Source of the DNA: Candidatus Poseidoniales archaeon
Lineage (GTDB): Archaea; Thermoplasmatota; Poseidoniia; Poseidoniales; Poseidoniaceae
Reading direction: 5' to 3'
Length of the DNA stretch: 64,000 bases
Assembly (NCBI GenBank): GCA_038116375.1
Contig: JAYNUQ010000005.1
Coordinates: 14,036-78,035 of the forward strand
The stretch's first letter is position 1; each line of letters begins with the position of its first letter. The notes under the pieces are model-generated. The model did no database searches. It was not told the DNA's origin and saw only the letters and a program-made list of their open reading frames with translations. Positions 59,801 to 64,000 of this stretch are shown one piece after another. The position numbers and the translations under genes are program-made.

Positions 59801-61937
59801 CGAAGACGCCTACGAGGCGGCGACCAACGAGCAGACGGTTCAGGTGTTGGTGGAGGACAAGGTCGGTCATCCCATGGAATTGGACCTCAACTACTGGGTT
59901 GAAGCCGACCACGACGCCAATCGGAACGGAGAGGCAGACCCGGAGGAGTACGTCATCAAGAGCGTGAGCAACACCACCGAAGCCCGCTCGAAATGGTTCA
60001 TCACCACCATCGATACGTCCCGCAATCCCAACATGGGCCGCGTGTCTTACTTTTGGGACGGTGGCGACCAGGCGGGTAACCCGCTTCACTTCACGGTCAT
60101 GAACGACGAGGATGAACTCTTGAAGTTCGAATCTTCGGAAGGCTTCCTCTATGACGACGCCACTTTCCGCACCCGCAAAGATTCCTCAGCGATTTTCACG
60201 GGCTTGGAATGGTTCGGCCACGAGGACAACGAACCTGTCTTTGCCGGTATGGAGCAGACCATTTCCCTCGGCTTCATCGATGCCAACACGGCGATTGACT
60301 TCGAATTCATCTCGCTTGTGTTTGACTTTGAAGGCCCCAACCCTGCACGGGACGCGCAAGCGATTTCCTATTCGGGTACCAACAACACCTTCTGGTCCGA
60401 TTCACCCTACATCCACCTCTTGCCCACGAGCAAGATGACGCAAACCACCAACGAATCCGGACTGCCGTGGATCATGCTTGACTTCCACTTCAAGTTCAGT
60501 TGGGACTGGCCCGATGAGGAGATGGGCGACGTTGCATTGCTCTACAAGGAGCTCGGAAGTTCAGACCCCTCTCGCATCCTGTTGCTTGAGCACACCTTCC
60601 GGGTTGAGAACGACCTGATGCTCTCACCCACGGACTTCGTGATCGAAGACATCAGCGAGCCTCGCACGGGTTCCGTCGCCGACGGCAGCCGTGTTCGAAA
60701 GGACGACCGTTTGGCGTTTACCGGCCGCGTCGTCTACGAAGGCAGCCAAACGCCTGCACCCCGGGACGTTGGTATTCTGGTTGAGGTCTTTGACGGCGAG
60801 AAACTCTGGTCCGACGGTTCCCTAACCGCCGACGGTGGATACGCTGTTGAGGTCCCGTTGTCCTCGGCTTCAACCCTGCAGTCATCACCGTCCCGTACGT
60901 GCTTGATCTCCATCACGAACATTCCAGGGCGCGGAGAGGACATGACCGGCACGTTGGTTTCCACCACGCTTCAAGTGGTCGTCGACGATGCGGCGCCTCG
61001 TGTCACCCGTCGGATTGCTCCGCTCAACGTCATCGACATTTCAGCCAACAACGACCTGACACAAATAGAGGTCGAATTCCAAGGCACGGAAGACGCCGAC
61101 TTGACGGGTTCCAAGCAAATCGTTCACTGGGTCATGCGAGACGCGACTCGGACGATGACCATCGGCGCCGGCTCAACGCTGCTTGGGATGCAACAAGACG
61201 GTCAGAACGTGATGTGGACCGGTGTGGTTGACATCACCGCTGATGGCACCATCACCCCGAAGGCTGGCGATTTCGTCGGTTTCTACGTCACTGGCTACGA
61301 TGCAGCTGGCAATCAGTTCCCGGTCGTTTCAAACTCCGAGGCAAGTCCCATTCCAGAATTGGCTTCTGACGATACCGACTTTGAACGGCAATGGGTTCGC
61401 TTGGGGGCGGTCGGTCCCGAACTCCGCGTCAAGAACATCGCCATGAGCGACGACCACATTGCACCGGGAACCAAGATTGACATCCGTGCAGACATCTTCA
61501 ACGCTGGCGGAAACACATCGGCCCAGTTCAAGGTCGCGTTTTATGCCGGTTCGGAGGAGAAGCCGTTTGAGACGGTTCGTGTCAACGGCATCGACGCAGG
61601 CGAACTCTACTCGGTGAACGTCGTCTGGGAGTCCGAGGACGTTGACCGCATTCGCGTGGTTGTCGATGCCGAGGACGAGGTGCCAGAGGCCAACGATGAC
61701 GACAACTCAGCCGAACACGCCGTCACCATCGCATACGCCCAATACCTCGGTTGGTTTGATTCGGTTCGCGAACAACCCTTGGCGTGGATGTTTGCCATCT
61801 TGAGCATCTTGACCCTTGCCGTTGTCTTTACCGTCGCCACCAAGACCTCCATCGATTACGGTGAAGGCGCCTTTGACGAAGACGATGAGGATTGGGAAGA
61901 CGAAGACGAGGATGAAGACTTTGACGATGACGACTGA
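56862..61937 (+). CDS. giant (1691 aa) Thr/Ser/Tyr-rich surface protein with a C-terminal CARDB-like domain, TM anchor and poly-acidic tail
   Basis: Signal peptide MRQAIFLTLLFVLSVMSPLAAAAT. CARDB-like segment (GPELRVKNIAMSDDHIAPGTKIDIRADIFNAGGNTSAQFKVAFYAG). TM MFAILSILTLAVVFTVA. Tail DEDDEDWEDEDEDEDFDDDD. Confidence 0.85.
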   Translation: MTTMRQAIFLTLLFVLSVMSPLAAAATTETQFKDGTTSYEHTFSQKGIGPAGVITLPIGANVQSASFNLLGEASTTTYNNFTTDEHYGGAGDTDYTSNNAGKPSPFTTARRDNLEVDSQTVSLKGNPTEYTPRFSSTGSVASLGSAHLNTTGEFVALSDQGYTSPTKKYADLTAASNTPWGYTGVAVPINSSEVHIIRYSSQYISNTPTSIMRIDASTGQYLGTASYSTGTCGSSATRSIHDADVYNGDVYTAHYSYYKVHKWDVGWNTAGTQVQWQCQSTYNYNYPNYITGVDFDDNTGKMYIGVYDTSAQNHYLKEVNPASPTVVTGTWLMTSTSYYYDHGAGLSVSMPNVMYNIYYMNTDYKSTHYHYTMASGLLASQGERVMPGGGHYGMVDTDDHKVMFSCHWSSTSYCSQGVRKVHTYGDGAHYDVRSTTLTSQLIVGQTSSISRAITSINVEGIFGSIPTGTSINVDVSNDGGTTWKSGTVGQKVNFANSGTSIKWRATLNGSASKTPVLGDVVLTYTTNYQTSGYYYAYQYIGSGSSGVIAATVDWNETRPAGTSISVNVGYKASSSSCNNGNSGVQTYTAPNTTKSMTGTSYYYCVRITLSTSSTSVSPTITDLSIALHSNAPNQPGLNIDGASAWKRSSSAGALIGPVTVTSQQSGNTLLDKLNDAIPDTGSGTVDIPIELTAESAGKLSITSFEITYVMQTVNLDLSIPEGEILHERITPYEVVSRHVIGESATSMVSAELTLMTAGSAANWPILSWQYGDVFPAPNDPAQYIEVDPTSYSVESNGILEIHWKFFVTSEMPDQDSVRFRVGCLDDSGTAGFAPEPLVSDDGLRVNRSFGLGWLNVRDNEGELTSQDVEDGSWVAAGEQIHFVGAMWFQDTDDAPKDSAFDVRISRNGYVEATARDTTNNNGSFFISIDLPAIDVPDGLTYEVQTYNERNPDHVQQPNTEWRRTYLVDATHPERKQVAPVEDAYEAATNEQTVQVLVEDKVGHPMELDLNYWVEADHDANRNGEADPEEYVIKSVSNTTEARSKWFITTIDTSRNPNMGRVSYFWDGGDQAGNPLHFTVMNDEDELLKFESSEGFLYDDATFRTRKDSSAIFTGLEWFGHEDNEPVFAGMEQTISLGFIDANTAIDFEFISLVFDFEGPNPARDAQAISYSGTNNTFWSDSPYIHLLPTSKMTQTTNESGLPWIMLDFHFKFSWDWPDEEMGDVALLYKELGSSDPSRILLLEHTFRVENDLMLSPTDFVIEDISEPRTGSVADGSRVRKDDRLAFTGRVVYEGSQTPAPRDVGILVEVFDGEKLWSDGSLTADGGYAVEVPLSSASTLQSSPSRTCLISITNIPGRGEDMTGTLVSTTLQVVVDDAAPRVTRRIAPLNVIDISANNDLTQIEVEFQGTEDADLTGSKQIVHWVMRDATRTMTIGAGSTLLGMQQDGQNVMWTGVVDITADGTITPKAGDFVGFYVTGYDAAGNQFPVVSNSEASPIPELASDDTDFERQWVRLGAVGPELRVKNIAMSDDHIAPGTKIDIRADIFNAGGNTSAQFKVAFYAGSEEKPFETVRVNGIDAGELYSVNVVWESEDVDRIRVVVDAEDEVPEANDDDNSAEHAVTIAYAQYLGWFDSVREQPLAWMFAILSILTLAVVFTVATKTSIDYGEGAFDEDDEDWEDEDEDEDFDDDD

Positions 61938-62016
61938 GGCTTGACTTCAGCCGCTGTTGAAAGCCAAATCCTCAAATGCACTGGGCAGAGGGATACCCCA
62001 CGAGGGTGGGGAGAGT

Positions 62017-64000
62017 ATGTCACGCGTCTTTTCCCGACTTCACCCCTTGTTGGGCGAAGCGCTTCTCGAAAAAGGCTGGAAAGCCACGCCCGTTCAGGAC
62101 CAGGTCATTCCTGACTTGATGAAAGGGCACGACCGCTTGGTCATCGCCCCGACGGGTTCTGGCAAGACGATGGCTGGAATTTTGCCGTTGTTCCATCGTT
62201 GCCTTTCGGAGAATTGGCCATCCCTGTCCATTCTCTACATCACGCCGCTGCGGGCTCTCAACCGGGATGTTGATCGCCGCTTGCGCGAATTGGCCGACGC
62301 TGTTGGTTTGCGCGTGGATGTCCGGCACGGCGATACAACCCAAGCCCAACGAGCCAAGCAGACGAGAAACCCTCCAAATTTGCTGGTGACCACACCCGAA
62401 ACCTTCCAACTCATGTTCAGCGGAAAAAATCTCCGTGCCATGTTGAGCACGGTGCAGGCGGTTGTGGTGGACGAAGTTCACGATTTGGCTGCGTCAGAGC
62501 GAGGTTGGCAGCTGGGTGTAGGCCTTGCCCGACTTGAGGCGCTGGCAGGTCGTAGCGTTCAGCGCCTCGGCCTCTCTGCAACGGTGGGAAATCCCGACGA
62601 GGTAGCAACTTGGCTGTCTTCAGGAAAGGCTCAGCCCCTCATCACGACAGGACAGCGCGTGACTGAATTAACCGTCGAATCGCCCATCCCGACACCCGAG
62701 GATGAAATTGACAGCGTGGAAAGCGCCCTCAGCCCCAAACAACATGCCTCCTACCGACACCTCTGCGACATTCTCCGAACGCAAGCGCCGTGCCTTGTCT
62801 TCGTCAACAGCCGAAGTGACGCCGAGACCCTCTCGACGCGTCTTCAGGCGATGGCGCCCGACCTCAAGATCGGCGTACATCACGGTTCCTTAGCGGCTGA
62901 GACACGGCAGCAGATGGAAGATGAACTGCGAGACGGAACCCTGGCGGGTCTGGTTTGCACCTCGAGTTTGGAACTCGGTATCGACGTCGGCAGCGTGCGT
63001 AGAATCATCCAGGTTCATTCTCCAAAATCGGTGGACAGGATGCTTCAGCGCGTCGGAAGGGCCGACCACCGACTCGGCGGCGTCGGCCGGGGGCACGTCG
63101 TGTCCTGGGACGTGGACCATTTGCTCGAATCGGCAGTGGTCGCCGAACGCGCCATGAAGGGGGACATTGAGCCGGTGGTCTGGCGAAAACGGCCAGCGGT
63201 CATTGCGGCCAACCAACTTGTGTTGATGGCCCACTGTTTCAAGGCCGTCAGCATTGATGAAGCGACTCGGTTGATTGCAGCGTCTCCACAATTTGAGGGT
63301 TGGGAACGACCCGATACCGAAGCCATCCTGCAGGTGTTGGCCGAGCGGTGGGTGCTCCGTTTCACTCCAAAACCGAGCGAATTGCCTTGGTATCGGTGGC
63401 CAAAAGCCGTTTACGGCGTGGCCAAGGAAGACGCCATCGCACGAGGAGAAGACCTTCCAGAGGACCTTCCACTCTATTCAACGCCCGATGAGGAGGTCCC
63501 GAGAATCTACACCGAGCGTACGGTCGACGTGCCCAAACGGTTTGCAAAGGGTTGGTTTTCAACCGCTGGAAAAACGCGGGAATGGGTTTCCAATCATCTT
63601 TCCATGATCCCCGACAAGAAGACCTACCGTGTTCGAGATGCGGTCACACGTCGCAGCCTTGGAAACGTGGACGAAGCCTTTGTTCTCAGTCTGAACAGTT
63701 CGGGCGAAGACGACGACGGCACGCCGCGCCGGTTCGTCATCGCTGGACGCACGTGGCTCATTGTGGACGCTGACCCGGAACAGTCCGAACTCCTCGTTGC
63801 ACCGGTCAGCGACCGCGGCAAGGCGCCTCAGTGGTTGGGAGAACTGCCACCTGTTCCCGAATCGGTGGCCAGAGACGTCGGTTATCTCCGCCACCTGATC
63901 GCCCACGACCTGGGTCTGCTGGAGGCTTGCGAACCGCCGGCCTTGGACCCGCTTGCGCTCGTTCCGTCCCGCACCACGACGCTTTCCGACTATCCACTCG
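62017..64000 (+). CDS. lhr: Lhr-type DEAD/DEAH-box ATP-dependent helicase, 5' portion (runs off the window end; absent from the ORF track because it has no stop)
   Basis: My own frame-1 translation from the ATG at 62017. Walker A APTGSGKT. LYITPLRALNRD. DEVH box (VVVDEVHDL). SAT (LSATVGN). VFVNSRS. TSSLELGIDVG. QRVGRADHR. I saw no stop codon through base 64000, but I did not translate every codon. Confidence 0.8.
   Translation, partial: MSRVFSRLHPLLGEALLEKGWKATPVQDQVIPDLMKGHDRLVIAPTGSGKTMAGILPLFHRCLSENWPSLSILYITPLRALNRDVDRRLRELADAVGLRVDVRHGDTTQAQRAKQTRNPPNLLVTTPETFQLMFSGKNLRAMLSTVQAVVVDEVHDLAASERGWQLGVGLARLEALAGRSVQRLGLSATVGNPDEVATWLSSGKAQPLITTGQRVTELTVESPIPTPEDEIDSVESALSPKQHASYRHLCDILRTQAPCLVFVNSRSDAETLSTRLQAMAPDLKIGVHHGSLAAETRQQMEDELRDGTLAGLVCTSSLELGIDVGSVRRIIQVHSPKSVDRMLQRVGRADHRLGGVGRGHVVSWDVDHLLESAVVAERAMKGDIEPVVWRKRPAVIAANQLVLMAHCFKAVSIDEATRLIAASPQFEGWERPDTEAILQVLAERWVLRFTPKPSELPWYRWPKAVYGVAKEDAIARGEDLPEDLPLYSTPDEEVPRIYTERTVDVPKRFAKGWFSTAGKTREWVSNHLSMIPDKKTYRVRDAVTRRSLGNVDEAFVLSLNSSGEDDDGTPRRFVIAGRTWLIVDADPEQSELLVAPVSDRGKAPQWLGELPPVPESVARDVGYLRHLIAHDLGLLEACEPPALDPLALVPSRTTTLSDYPL

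Overview
High-GC (about 58-60%) archaeal chromosomal window. Archaea-specific information-processing genes are interleaved with bacterial-like metabolic genes and giant acidic surface proteins.

Genes I can support: leuS; the uS13-uS4-uS11-RpoD (Rpo3) cluster; pyrE divergent from the PolD large subunit (DP2); primase large subunit PriL; a Tgs1-like and an NSUN-family RNA methyltransferase; a bifunctional RibD; an Lrp/AsnC regulator and a stand-alone RAM-domain protein; Sec61beta; chromosomal protein MC1; an XerA-like tyrosine recombinase; a site-2 protease; Hjc resolvase; an S26 signal peptidase; a macro-domain protein; a 5'-partial Lhr-type helicase running off the window end; and one tRNA-Ser(UGA) on the minus strand.

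The most distinctive locus is a minus-strand heme-copper oxidase operon (coxB-coxA-coxC-subunit IV-like-SCO1, 28.8-35.4 kb). Subunit I carries a roughly 190-aa N-terminal extracytoplasmic domain, subunit III a roughly 230-aa N-terminal extension with a His-rich loop, and the SCO1 chaperone a C-terminal tandem Trp-rich repeat plus a Cys-rich module. None of these are standard for the families.

Other notable items: a PlsC-type acyltransferase and a YegS/DAGK-type lipid kinase, both bacterial-style lipid genes in an archaeal context; an AT-rich palindromic operator-like island between ribD and the lipid kinase; a CDIN1/TPD-motif PD-(D/E)xK protein; an HhH plus Lys/Ala-rich histone-H1-like protein close to MC1 and XerA; an Hjc with a long C-terminal tail, divergent from a RuvC/YqgF-like RNase-H-fold protein; and three giant cell-surface proteins (TSP3-repeat, PA14/LamG, CARDB).

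The gene content suggests an aerobic marine Thermoplasmatota/Poseidoniales-like (Marine Group II) archaeon; this is inference from gene content only. I saw no CRISPR array and no obvious IS element. Many long antisense ORFs in the track are GC-driven artefacts. All family assignments come from motif-level reading of the translations, without database searches.
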